Origin: Leucoraja erinacea
Taxonomy: Eukaryota
Assembly: GCF_028641065.1 (NCBI RefSeq)
Contig: NC_073379.1
Location: 39,990,001 to 40,054,000 of the forward strand
Direction of reading: 5' to 3'
DNA: 64,000 nt
Shown here: positions 34,005 to 47,254 of the stretch, piece by piece
Position numbering within the stretch: position 1 is the stretch's first letter
How the letters are laid out: every line of letters starts with the position of its first letter
Notes under the pieces: model-generated
Told to the model about the DNA's origin: nothing
What the model saw: only the letters and a program-made list of their open reading frames with translations
Database searches by the model: none
Program-made: the position numbers and the translations under genes

Positions 34005-36920
34005 ATGGCACACTGGCACAGTTTCAGAACTGCTGTCTCACAGCGCCAGAGACTGAGGTTCAATCCTGACCTCGGGTACTGTTGGTGCGGAGTGTGTATG
34101 TTCCCCCCGTGCCTCCTTGGGTTTCCTCCGGATGCTCTGCTTTCCTCCCCCAATAATTGGCCGCTGTAAACTGCCCCCTGTCCACAGGTGATAATCTGGG
34201 AAGAGATAATGAGAATGGGGAGAGAATAGAAAAAAAAGGATGTATATACATAGAAGTACCTACTAGAGAAGGGGCGGTGCTGGACCTCCTGTTAGGAAAT
34301 GAGACGGGTCAGGTGGCGGAGGTATGCGTTGGGGAACAGTTCGGGACCAGTGATCACAATACCATTAGTTTCAATATAATTATGAGAGGGTCAGAACTGG
34401 ACCTAGGGTTGAGATTTTTGATTGGAGAAAGGCTAACTTTGAGGAGATGCGAAAGGATTTAAAAGGAGTAAATTGGGACAGTTTGTTTTATGGGAAAGAT
34501 GTGGAAGAGAAATGGAGAACATTTAAAGGTAGATTTTAAGAGTACAGAATCTTTATGTCCCTGTTCGGTTGAAAGGAAATAGTAAAAATTGGAAAGAGCC
34601 ATGGTTTTCAAGGGAAATTGGACATGGTTCGGAAAAAGAGAGAGATCTACAATAATTATAGGCAGCATGGAGTAAATGAGGTGCTTGAGGAGTATAAAGA
34701 ATATAAAAAGAATCTGAAGAAAGAAATTAGAAAAGCTAAAAGAAGATATGAGGTTGTTTTGGCAAGTAAGGTGAAAGTAAATCCAAAGGGTTTCTACAGC
34801 TATATTAACAGCAAAAGGATAACGAGGGATAAAATTGGTCCATTAGAGAGTCAGAGTGGACAGCTATCTGCAGAGCCAAAAGAGATGGGGGAGATATTGA
34901 ACAATTTCTTTTCTTCGGTATTCACCAAGGAGAAGGATATTGAATTATGTGAGGTAAGGGAAACAAGTAGAGTAGCTATGGAAACAATGAGATTCAAAGA
35001 AGAGGAAGTATTGGCACTTTTGAGAAATATAAAAGTGGATAAGTCTCCAGGTCCGGACAGGATATTCCCTAGGACATTGAGGGAAGTTAGTGTAGAAATA
35101 GCAGGGGCTATGACAGAAATATTTCAAATGTCATTAGAAACGGGGATAGTGCCGGAGGATTGGCGTACTGCGCATGTTGTTCCATTGTTTAAAAAGGGGT
35201 CTAAGAGTAAACCTAGCAATTATAGACCTGTTAGTTTGACGTCAGTGGTGGGCAAATTAATGGAAAGGATACTTAGAGATAATATATATAAGCATCTGGA
35301 TAAACAGGGTCGGATTAGGAACAGTCAACATGGATTTGTGCCTGGAAGGTCATGTTTGACTAATCTTCTTGAATTTGTTTGAAGAGGTTACTCGGGAAAT
35401 TGATGAGGGTAAAGCAGTGGACGTTGTATATATGCACTTCAGTAAGGCCTTTGACAAGGTTCCTCATGGAAGGTTGGTTAAGAAGGTTCAATGGTTGGGT
35501 ATTAATGGTGGAGTAGCAAGATGGATTCAACAATGGCTGAATGGGAGATGCCAGAAAGTAATGGTGGATGGTTGTTTGTCAGGTTGGAGGCCAGTGACTA
35601 GTGGGGTGCCACAGGGATCTGAGTTGGGTCCACTGTTGTTTGTCATGTACATCAATGATCTGGATGATGGTGTGGTAAATTGGATTAGTAAGTATGCAGA
35701 TGATACTAAGATAGGTGGGGTTGTGGATAATGAAGTAGATTTTCAAAGTCTACAGAGAGATTTATGCCAGTTGGAAGAGTGGGCTGAAAGATGGCAGATG
35801 GAGTTTAATGCTGATAAGTGTGAGGTGCTACATCTTGGCAGGACAAATCAAAATAGTACATGGTAAATGGTAGGGAATTGAAGAATGCAGGTGAACAGAG
35901 GGATCTGGGAATAACTGTGCACAGTTCCCTGAAAGTGGAATCTCACGTAGATAGGGTGGTAAAGAAAGCTTTTGGTGTGCTGGCCTTTATAAATCAGAGC
36001 ATTGAGTATAGAAGTTGGGATGTCATGTTAAAATTGTACAAGGCATTGGTGAGGCCAATTCTGGAGTATGGTGTACAATTTTGGTTGCCTAATTATAGGA
36101 AGGATGTCAACAAAATAGAGAGTACAGAGGAGATTTACTAGAATGTTGCCTGGGTTTCAGCAACTAAATTATAGAGAAAGGTTGAACAAGTTAGGGCTTT
36201 ATTCTTTGGAGCGCAGAAGATTAAGGGGGGACTTGATAGAGGTCTTTAAAATGATGAGAGGGATAGGCAGAGTTGACGTGGATAAGCTTTTCCCACTGAG
36301 AGTAGGGAAGATTCAAACAAGGGGACATGACTTGAGAATTAAAGGACAGAAGTTTAGGGGTAACATGAGGGGGAACTTCTTTACTCAGAGAGTGGTAGCG
36401 GTGTGGAATGAGCTTCCAGTGGAAGTGGTGAAGGCAGGTTCGTTGGTATCATTTAAAAATAAATTGGATAGGCATATGGATGAGAAGGGAATGGAGGGTT
36501 ATGGTATGAGTGCAGGCAGGTGGGACTAAGGGAAAAAAAGTTGTTCGGCACGGACTTGTAGGGCCGAGATGGCCTGTTTCCATGCTGTAATTGTTATATG
36601 GTTATATGGTTAACTTCTTTACTCAGAGAGTGGTGGCTGTGTGGAATGAGCTTCAAGTGAAGGTGGTGGAGGCAGGTTCGTTTTTATCATTTAAAAATAA
36701 ATTGGATAGTTATATGGACGAGAAATGAATGGAGGGTTATGGTCAGAGCGCAGGTATATGGGACTAGGGGAGAATACGTGTTCGGCACGGACTAGAAGGG
36801 TCGAGATGGCCTGTTTCCGTGCTGTAATTGTTATATGGTTATATGGTTATATAGGAATAGTCTAATGGGTTTTTGATGGTCAGCATGTCCCCGTGGACTG
36901 AAGGGCCTGTTCCTGTGCTA
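34005..36920 (+). mobile_element. HE1-like SINE split by CR1 (pieces 34005-34245 and 36853-36920)
   Basis: Head CTCACAGCGCCAGAGACTGAGGTTCAATCC; tail GATGGTCAGCATG..GAAGGGCCTGTTCC resumes after the CR1 tail. Confidence 0.7.
34246..36852 (+). mobile_element. CR1 family B, frameshifted ORF2, with a second 3' end in tandem (36612-36852)
   Basis: ORFs 34618-35382, 35369-35866, 35860-36141, 36143-36529; two (ATATGGTT)n tails. Confidence 0.95.
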
Positions 36921-37709
36921 CATCTCTTTAATGTCCTGGCTGCAGTGTTTACACTACAGAACAAGCTACATCTTTAGTCAAGCTGTGCCAGAACAGTTAT
37001 ATCATTGGCATCTGCCAGCAACTGTGGAAAATTGCCCTAATGTCATGTCCACGGAAAGCAGGCCAAATCCAATTTGGCTAACTACCAGCCGATCAGTCCA
37101 CTGTGTCATCAGTAAATTGATGGAAAGTACAGTTGACTGTGCAATCTAGCAACACCGACTCACCAAGAACCTGCAGGTTGATGTTCAGTTTGAGTTTTTC
37201 CATAAAGCTGAATTCTAGAACAGCAATTAGTGGAATAAAGAAAAGAGTAAAAATGAATAACAAGAAGGAAAAAAAATCTGTTTACTGTTAACCATTACAT
37301 CACTAGAACAGGCATGATGTGTGTTAGACTGCGACCATCTCCAACAAGAGAAAATCTATCTTTGACTATTTAACGCCACTATGAGGCATTGCTAAGATTC
37401 ACCATAGACAAGAAGCTGAAACAGACCAGCCGCATCACTGCTGTATTTACAGGAGCAGGTCAGAGGCTGGGTATCCCGGGTGAATGTCTCATTTCCTGAC
37501 CATCGCAATGCCTTTCCATCCTGTGCAAGTCACTGTGTTTGTCTGAGGAGGTCCCGCTCCCACAACACTCAAACAGCTTAATGCTATCCCGGACAAAGCA
37601 GCCCACTTAATTGGCAATCCATTCACCAGCCTAAACATTTCATTCCTTTTATCTCCAGTGCACCATGCCTACCACAAATGCATTGCAATTACATTGCCAG
37701 AGCTGGTAA

Positions 37710-39280
37710 ACAATGTCTCTTTTGATTACTTCCATTTTCTGCAAATCAAAGATGTAGCCATGGTGTCATTAACTGTTCATTAACTATTTGGAGTAGTCTT
37801 TGTTGCAAACTTACTCTGGCGCCATTCCTTGACTCTACTATATCAAAAAAATGTGTTGTCTCCTGCCCTCAGAATGATCAACTTTATCAAGTTGATACCA
37901 ATATCTTAAATCCAGCCTTTAAATTCACTTGGACCATTTACAACATCATAATCCCCTTGATCTTACTGACTCCAGTCACAGGTGACAAACTATCTACAGA
38001 CATTTACTGCAAATCCACTAACCCGTGCAGCTACCTAGACTACATATCTTCTCTCCCTGCCACATGTAACAACACTATCCCATCGTCTCAGTTTCTCTGA
38101 CTCTGCTGAATCTAATCATGACATGAGGCTTTCTGTCGCAGGACTTTGGAGATCTTCCTTTTTAGCGAAATATAGTTCCATCCCCCCTCCAGTGTGATTA
38201 TCCTCCCTGTGTAATGTGGATATCCTCATCCACATCTCCTTCATTTCTGCGTTTCTGCTCTCACTCCAGCTTCCCCCAGACAATACTGAGGTGGAGTTCC
38301 CTTGGTCCTTACCTTTCACCCCACGAGTCTCTGCATCCATCACATCATTGTTCCACCAGCTACAACGTCATCCCAAGTAAGTTGCATTTTCCCCTTCCCA
38401 CCACTTTCTGCTTTCCACAGGAACTCCCTGGTTTCTTTTTCATGACTCCCTGGTTTGCTCATCCTTCCCCACCCATCGCCCCCAACCTCCTCCCTCCCCA
38501 ATCAATCAATCACATTCCCTCACAATCCTAGGAGGTACAACACTCACCTCCATCCAGGGATTTAAACAATCCTTCCAGGTGAGACAGAGATTCACTTGCA
38601 TCTCCTCCAGCCTCATCTATTCCATTCCATGCTGTCGAAATAGCCTCCTCTACAGCAGTGAGACCAAGGCTTGGATGGAGTGGATGTGGAGAGGGTGATT
38701 CCACTAGTGGAAGAGTCTAGGACCAGTGGTCATTGCCTCAGAATTACATTCCTTTAAGATGGAGATAAGGAGATATTTATTTAGTCAGAGGGTGGTTCTA
38801 ACCAGGTCCATTCACACAACCCCTTCAAAAATTTGTCAGCTCTTATCAGCCAGTTTCTTTCTCTTCCCCTTGAACTCCACCAACTGGATCACCGTCTCCT
38901 TTCCCTGCACCTGGTCCCTCTGCCCACTGTCCCTCCCTTCTTTGGTTTCAATCTTCACCTTCCTTTCTTATCAGATTATTTTACCTCCAGTCATCACCTC
39001 CGTGCCTCTATCTCTATCTCCATCCTTCCTTCCCCACCTGACTCCATCTCCCGATCGGCCCTTCCTCACCTGGATCCGTCTACCACTTGCTAGCTTTTGC
39101 CCCACCACTTCCCCTCACCTCTTCTGCTGGCTTCCTCTTCTTTATCCTTACTCCAGATGAAGCGTTTTGTCCCAAACATCACCTGTCTATTTCCTTCCAC
39201 AGATGCTGCCTGACTTGTTGAGTTCTTCCAGCAGCACATTTTATGCTCCAGATTCCAGCATCTGCAGACTATTGTCTCCA
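37710..39280 (+). mobile_element. Degenerate Penelope-like element (RT + GIY-YIG), CR1 piece inserted ~38670-38797
   Basis: QIK.VAM, STDIYCKSTN..SYLDY, IPSSQFL, FQVRQRFTCISSSLIYSI; pyrimidine-rich 3' region and terminal CAGATGCTGCCTGAC. Confidence 0.8.
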
Positions 39281-41659
39281 TTGCAGTTACATGGCTGGGC
39301 TGCCTTAACATTGCCTCTCAAACCCATTTCACACCATCCTGACTTGCACGTAACTATTCCAATAATGGAATTTTGTCTAAATGCTGGAATTCCCTACTCA
39401 ACAGGTCATGAATTGTTGTAGTTTAGAGTAGGGAACCTTTGCATGACCTTCTGAAGAGCAGCAAGGGAGATGTAATAAATACTAGTCTTGCCGTCATGAC
39501 TCTATCATATAAATGAATATGAAATGGAATCTAAATATGCAATATTCAAGCACACGCTACAACGACTTCCCAACTTCCATTGCATGAAACAAAAAGGTTG
39601 GGAGACTTATCTGAAGAATAATGTTGGATCATCTCCACTTGGATGTCAAGGTCTTTGTAAAGATGGGGCTTGCCGCTCTGCACTCCTGCCATATCCCGAG
39701 AAGACATTGGCAGTGTTTTGTGGGAATTGCATGGGTCCCTGCTAAGATGGAGCTGCAAAATGATGAATTACCTTTGTCCTTTTGCACCTGTGAACTTGTT
39801 GCAGAAGTATTGTGTCAGGCGAGGGAGGTGAGAGTGGAAAGCAGATGGAAAGCAGATATCGATGCTAGAAATCTTGATATAAAATGAAAAATTCTGAAAA
39901 TACTCTGTGGATAATTTGTGCAGAATTAATGTTTAATGTTGATGAGTTCTCATGTGTTCAGACTGGGAGGGAGCAATGTGGAATATGGGATACATATCAT
40001 GGAGATTGTGGGCCCTGGAAAGGGGCCTCTGCTGCTCATTACCCATCAGGTAGAAGATCTTCACCTCCGGGTTTAAACTGTGAAGTCTAGAGGGTGCTTG
40101 AAGTTATTGGTGCCAATGTATTGCCCTCTTGCTGTGTAAGACAAGGAGGCAAGTTAGTGAGTTGGACCCAGGGTCGCATGATGTGGTTGGCTTAACCTGT
40201 GAATGTCTGTGTCTCTACCTGGCTGAAAATGAGTGTGTGTGAGTAGGGGTTGGAGTAGGGCAGTGGTTGCACAGGCTCTGTTGCTGATCATGGTCAGTGT
40301 CATAGCCTTGGGTAAGTGTGGGGTATAGTTGACGTATCTTCCTTCATTGCTCCTTATTTCGGGGTGTCCAATTTCTGTTTTTTCTGCTGCACTGGTATCG
40401 TTTTTGAGGTAAGGCTCTCTATTGCCCGAGGAGGTCTCCTTCCCCTCAAGCATAATGCACCCCACTCCTCTCCTGCTTTGAATGTTTGACATGATAATGT
40501 TGAGGGTCTCTGTCCATGAAGCCAGGAGCTGGTTCCCTCTCCACTCCTGCCTCATCCAGATAGGACAACCTGCCACTGTGTTTGTTGCATGGGACTCTTT
40601 GGGGATGGAGCCACAACACTGCAGCTGCACATTGCGGCTTTGTAAAGGCTCCAGCACTCGGGCTAAAAGCAAGTATTTGAGAATAAAAGTACACTCAAAC
40701 TATTACACCAGGTTCACAATTCTGGGCATCATCTCAACATAAATGGGAATGTTGTGTACATTTTGAGAACCATTCAGAACCAGGTGAGTTTCTAGGCTAT
40801 TGTACCGCAACCTTAAATCGGAGATTGTTAATGTTAAATTAGACATATAGTTACATCAATTTAATTGCAGGACATTATGTGCACATCTACTTTAGACTCA
40901 AAGGGATAGAACAAAGTACTTTCTTGATGGTAAGAAACTTGGAAGGTCAAATGATTTGTTTATAGATCATGAAGATATCGCAAACAGTGCAGGAAATTGT
41001 CAAAAGACAGATGCTGTCCTAGACTTCGGGAGAGGCCATACAAAGGGATAGCAGTTGCCCTACAGCTGTACAAAGCCCTGGTTAGAGCAAAGCTGGAGCA
41101 CTGTGAATAATATTGCGCACCACATCTTCAGAAGGATGCAATGGCCTTTCAGGGAGATTGGTGGAGATTTAATAGAGTGAAACCTGGGACAAGGTGAAAT
41201 TACTGGTGGATATTTGATTGTAGTTGTGACAGCACTGCAGCACAGCAGCTCCAGCAACTTGGGTTTGATCTGTATGAACATTCTCTGTGTGCCCGTCCGT
41301 ATCAGCTTCCCATGGGTGCTCCAGTTCATCCTCGAATCCCTTAGATGTGTTGCGATTAATTGGCTGCAGTAAGCAGCTCTTTAATGCATGTAAATGGCAA
41401 AATGATGCAAAGGAGAGTCGATGTGAATATGGGAGTGGACAGGTTGTAAGAATGAAGGGACACGGGGTTGGTGGGATTGCTGGAATGGACCCGACTAGCA
41501 GAATAAACTCCTTCAGTAAGTCATTTAGTTTGCAGGCATAGTGCAGATAGAGTTACAAACAACAGTTTTATGAGAAGATCCAGTTGATAAATCAAATCAT
41601 TTCTCAGTTTCAACCATGTGAAACATGATTTACTTTAACCTGAGATTTTTAGTTACATG

Positions 41660-42370
41660 TGAGGGAGCAGCGGTAGAGCTTCTGCCTCCACCTTGCCCCC
41701 ACCTACATCAAAAGTCTGCTTACCCACCACACCACCTCCAGGTCCCTCAGATCAACCAACTTGGGGTTACTGACCATCCTAGGCATAAGCTCAGGGGCGA
41801 CCGCGTCTTTGCGGTTGCAGCTCCTAGACTGTGGAACAGCATCCCTCTTCCCATCAGAACTGCCCCCTCCATCGACTCTTTTAAATCGAGACTTAAAACT
41901 CATCTTTACTCTCAAGCCTTTCTTGACGTCCTCTGAGGGAAGGCTATATATATATATTTGTGTATGTACTTAATCTACGAACCACTGTTGTATAACGTTA
42001 GTACCTCCACCAATGTAATGTACTTTGGTCAACGAGAGTTGTTTTTTAAATGTGCTATAGAAATAAAAGTGACTTGACTTGATTTGACGCCTTACAGCAC
42101 CAGAGACCCGTGTTTTATCCCGACTGTGGGTGCTGCCTGTGCGGAGTTTGTACTTCTGTGTGACTGCATGGGTTTTCACTGGGTGATTCAATTTCCTCCC
42201 ACATCCCAAAGACATGCAAGTTTGTAGGCTAATTGGCTTCTGTAAATTCCCCCTAGTGTGCAGGCTGCAAAAGTGGGATAACACAGAACTAGTGTACATG
42301 TGATCGATGGTCGGCGTGGACTCAGTGGGCTGAAGGGCCTGTTTCCACACCATATCTCTGAACTAAATGA
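41660..42370 (+). mobile_element. HE1-like SINE split in its tRNA head by an L2
   Basis: GCAGCGGTAGAGCTTCTGCCT before the L2 and GCCTTACAGCACCAGAGACC after it (GCCT duplicated). Confidence 0.8.
41690..42087 (+). mobile_element. L2 LINE 3' fragment
   Basis: GDRVFAVAAPRLWNSIPLPIR..FKSRLKTHLY; AATAAA plus (GACTT)n tail. Confidence 0.88.
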
Positions 42371-42769
42371 AACTATAAAGGCACAAATGGCAATGTTTTC
42401 TACCAACCTAGTTTGTGTTCAGCTTTTTCATATCGAGTCACCAGTGAGATAGCACTGCGTGTTACGCTGCCAGCTTAAAGGCACGATTAGTCACCTGGCA
42501 TAAGCTTCAGAACTAAGCACAATTCCATTCTCTTGGGAGCTGTGGTATTTTATCCCAACTGGAACCGAACATTAGATGCTTCGGAACATACAGTGCTTCT
42601 TTCCATCTCTATAGTATTCAAACTCGAGTAGATATTTTTTTGAATACATCATGGTTCTCTTGTATAAACTTGATGCAGCGGCAATTTTGCCAGCCTTGCT
42701 GAACAAAAATCATCACCTCCATCCATCCCACAAGTTCTGCTGTTCACCCCTCACCATTATGCTATCTCC

Positions 42770-43811
42770 TAGCAATGTTACAACATTTTGAGATTTTAAA
42801 AATCAAGTCTGCAATTTATCGCATCAGATAAAGCACAAAAAGAAGTTTAATTTTACACCTAATTCACTTTCATATCTTCAGTATTAAAAAGGTTATGGCC
42901 ATTTTCATACTCGGAAATTGGCATCTTGTTCCCTATTGCTTTTCCATTAACAACTCAAAAGCTGTGATCGAGGACAATCAAAAGCCCATAACTTTATTAA
43001 AAATTAAGAAAACTGAAATAAATTTTCAGTTATTATAGATTGAAGCATTCTGAAACAAATATGAAACAATCTTACTTGGATGACCTGAAATTAAAGCATA
43101 TAATTAGTTAGTTACCCAATTGTAGCTAATTATATAATTCAATTATTAGATCTAAACATCTATCCATTTCTTAAGAAAAGATCAACATTTTTAAATAGCC
43201 TAAGTGTCCAAATAACATACACACAAGAATTCACAATATAACATGATTTTTAAATCTCATTGTCATGGATTTATAGGCCAAATGGAAGGAATTTAGCGTT
43301 TAATACCTGCAAATTAATGGCCATTTAAATCATCTTGCGAGTGTGATTTTCTGGAACGAGATCATTTGGAACGTTGCATTTGCAGTGAATTTGAGCCCCA
43401 TGTCGGCAGGAAAAATACTGCCGGTTCGTATGGGCTCCAAGTCACCTTCTCGCAACTTAAAATTTTGATTAAAGGGATCTTGAGAAGCACTTTTTAATGT
43501 AAAAATAAACAGCCTACCTTGCCTTGTCCCCTACGTGAGATCTGTCCCGTTGTCGGCGTTCACGGCTTTAGAAGATGATTTTTTAATTTACTATAACAAT
43601 TAAATTATCTAACTTAGTTTAAAAATAAGTGCAGAGAACGGCAGTCGGAGCGATTTTTCTTGAGCAATTAAACAGGCTGATCAACATCGATTTAAACAGC
43701 CTGGAGGAAATGGCATTTTAAAACCGCCCCCCTCTCAAAGGCGCCAAAGGCGCGCACACGGGCAGTGACAGAACTGCAGCGCCGCTGAAGGTAAGTTTTG
43801 CAACATACCTA
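42770..43811. mobile_element. Non-autonomous DNA transposon, ~1.04 kb, TAG...CTA termini
   Basis: Imperfect TIRs TAGCAATGTTACAA / TTGCAACATACCTA; flanks TATCTCC and TATCTCT; no ORF. Confidence 0.6.
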
Positions 43812-45253
43812 TATCTCTCAGACCTGGCTATTCCAGTGCTCAACGCTCTCAACATCTCTGCCACTCAGATATCCTCAGAAGCAGCCTTAATTAATAATCT
43901 GATAATAATAGGCTACTGCTCATAACATTGGAACCAAAAATTCCAATCAACCAAATCATATTCCAGAATTATTACCATTATTCCATATCCATACTTCAAC
44001 ATTTGAGATCTTTTCCTATCAGACTAAACCTAATGCCCATCACCATAATGGGAAAACAGTGCATGAAGTAATTGTTAGTGTATCTGGCATATCTATCTCT
44101 CATGCATTTAGGACAAAATTAAGTATTTTGGGCAGTTTTCAAATTAGCAGGTCAAGTGATTGTTGAAGCTGAACATGTAGACGCAAGGGGGTTTGGACGT
44201 CTGAGCACTAACGAATCCACCAGGGACTCAGAGTCAAACACAATAATGAGGTCAGTCAATTGTTGAAAGTACCTCCTAGGATATAGCAACCTTGTGGTTA
44301 TGGTACTGATCCAATTTCCCTGGTCACATTTGTGAAACCAAGTGCAGGAAGGCTGTTCATTCATGAATCAGCCACAGACTACTGCCATGGAAAATGTCAG
44401 ACAGTAGTAATGAGTTCACTGTGATGCTTTTGGGATAGGGCCACCATGGGTCGGGCCTCTGTTCAACACAAGTGTGAAGCTGGAGGCAATATCTTACCAG
44501 GTGCATCCACCTCTTATCAACTGATAATAAAAATCGTTGCTTTTATATTATTTTTCCTTTTTTTTAGCATTTGGACAGAGTAGTAATTGTAATAGTAGCA
44601 GAGTAGTGGATGAGTGCAGGTCCAACACACATGAAGTTTGATAGCATCTTGGGTGAAAGGACCTGGTACCCTCGTCCCTGCAAGTTTCACATTACCCTGA
44701 CCTGGAAATATATCACCACTGTTGGGTTTGAATCCATCGAAGTCCAATCCAGCAACTCTCTGGAAGTACCATCACAGTTCACACTGCAGTGATACAAGAA
44801 GACAATTAGGGATCATTACGGAAAGAATAAATGAAAGAAATTTAACATCATTTTCATTTGATCGGATCTGCTTGCATTTTTTCAATGTTGGGGGTTACTC
44901 TGGTAGAATTTTAAGTTCAACATGAAGTGAAAGTTGCATGATTTTTTTGAAATTCCCAAAATGAACCTGCTGTCCTAACACATCCTCTACATCAGCAGCA
45001 GCTAAAATCTCGAGTGCATTTAAAAATTAGTAACGCCTGTTGGAAAATGAAAGAAAGGTTTGATTGGTCACAGGCCTTTTCTACCCCTTTCAATTTCTAA
45101 GCTTAACATAGAACAGTACAGCACAGGAACAGGTCCTCCAGCCCACGATGTCTGTGATAAACATGATGATAAAGTAAACTCATCTCAGAGCAATAAAAAG
45201 GAGATTCAAAGAACTTCATATGCTGGTTTACAAAAAAAGACACAAGTGCTGGA

Positions 45254-45461
45254 NNNNNNNNNNNNNNNNNNNNNNNNNNNNNNNNNNNNNNNNNNNNNNN
45301 NNNNNNNNNNNNNNNNNNNNNNNNNNNNNNNNNNNNNNNNNNNNNNNNNNNNNNNNNNNNNNNNNNNNNNNNNNNNNNNNNNNNNNNNNNNNNNNNNNNN
45401 NNNNNNNNNNNNNNNNNNNNNNNNNNNNNNNNNNNNNNNNNNNNNNNNNNNNNNNNNNNNN
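45254..45461. other. Assembly gap
   Basis: Run of N. Confidence 1.
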
Positions 45462-45479
45462 CCAGGGTTGGTGGTATTT

Positions 45480-46838
45480 GGGTTCGGTACATGATGGTAC
45501 ACTGCTTTAGTCACATTAACACTAATAACAACACAGATCACAGTAATAAAGTGCATCCATACCACATCACAAATCACAAATCTCACCAACAATACATAGT
45601 GCAAAAGAACAGACAAAGACCATAGACAAGACACTGTATACATCAAAAGTCCTTAATATTGACTGTTATTGGAGGGAATTGAGTGTTCTTATTGCTGAGG
45701 GGAAGAAACTGTTTTTAAAGCAGGTGGATTTTGTAGCAAGTGACCTGAGGCGCCTCCCTGAAGGGAGAGACTGGAAAAGGTGGTTTGCTGGATGGGAGGG
45801 GTCCGATGATCTTTATTGCCCATTTTGAGGTACGTTGGAGGGGATTGAGGGGATTGGAGGGGATTGAGGGGAGGCGGGAGTTGATGATCCTGGAGGCCTT
45901 GGAGACAATGCGCTGTAATCTGTGTAGTGAGTGACTGTCAGTGTTTCCGTACCAGACTGTGATTGAGGAGGTGATGATGCTTTCAATGATGGATTGATAA
46001 AAACGGACCAGGAGGTGTTTGTGGACTGAACTTTTTGAGCTGTCTGAGGAAGTATAGGCGCTGGTTGTCCTTTCAGCATCTATGGTCTGCGTTGAAATAG
46101 GCAACAGTATCGGTGCCCAAAACTTAAATCAGACTGATCGGAGGTTATGGGGTGGGAGGGGACAAGACATGGACCGGGGGGAGGAGCCCGTTTGCGTCTG
46201 AAATCTATGATGATTTCTAAGGCGATTTCTAAGGTTTTTGAAGTATTAAGGCTGGAGGTTGTTGTCTGCGCACCATTTGACTGCGCTGTCCACTGTTTGA
46301 TGGTATTGTGATTCGTGGTTGTCTGAGATCAGGCCAATTATTGTTGTGTCATCTGCATATTTTGACTGAGCTGCATTGGGATGTGAGGTTGTTGGTGTAA
46401 AGTGAAAAGAGCTGAGGTGACCCAGAACGCAGAGAGGGGGGAGACCTGTATTGAGAGTCAGAGGGAGTGGAAGTGCTGAGCACCCCGGGAGGTCAGCTTG
46501 GTTATTGCTGTCTGTTTGTCAGAAAGTGCAGAATCCAATGGCACATGGCTGGGTGAACGCTCATGTCCAACAGTTTATTGTCCGCTTAATTGGGTGTATC
46601 ACCGATATAGGCCGAGCTAAAGTATATAAACAGGATGTGCATAAGTGTTCGGTGATTCCAGGATGATGTAGTCGAGTAGTGAAGAGCTAAGTCCTTAGCA
46701 TCCTCCACAGACCGGGGACAAGGGCGCTGTATGCAAATTGGAAAGGATCCATGTTGGGGCCAGTGTGTGTTTTCAGATGGGTGAGGACTATGTGCTCAAA
46801 GGCCTTCATGGCAACTGATGTTAGTGCAACAGGTCTAA
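45480..46838 (-). mobile_element. Rex1/Babar LINE, degenerate RT and C-terminus
   Basis: RPVALTSVAMKAFE..MDPFQFAY, YADDTTIIGLI, FYQSIIESIITSSITVWYGN..LQRIV. Confidence 0.88.
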
Positions 46839-47254
46839 AACATGGATAGGTGACAGTTCAGGTCGGAAATGTTTGCGGATCCAGGCTGATTTTTTTTGGG
46901 GATCATGGGGGGAGTGGGGGGGTGACGTTGAGGCTGGCCCAAACTCCTGTCGGAGGAGAACTTTTTAAAAATAGTATGTGAGGACATTTTGCAGTGGGGC
47001 AATAAGGGAGAAACGAGGGGACTACAGGCCCTTGTTTACAAAAAAAAGATGGGTGTTGGAGTAACTCAGGAGGTCAGACAGCAGTCTCGAGAGTAGGGTA
47101 TATGGAACATTTGGGGTTGGGACCCTGGTGCAGAGCATCTCAATTTTTGTCTGCACATGATCCATCTGTCCGTACATGGTTGATTTCAATTTCAAACTTG
47201 TTTTACCCAATTAAGTATTTTTGAAATGTAATCACCATTGTAAAGTGGGGAATA

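Noticed and set aside
40154-40742. 172-aa and overlapping ORFs as a host gene
   Set aside because: No recognisable domain or splice structure; probably decayed repeat sequence
43820-44500. Possible Gypsy integrase C-terminal remnant on the minus strand
   Set aside because: Only faint resemblance (GNWISTITTRLLYPRRY); cannot be supported without a profile search
45060-45646. ORFs spanning N runs (also 58918-59169)
   Set aside because: Artefacts of translating assembly gaps
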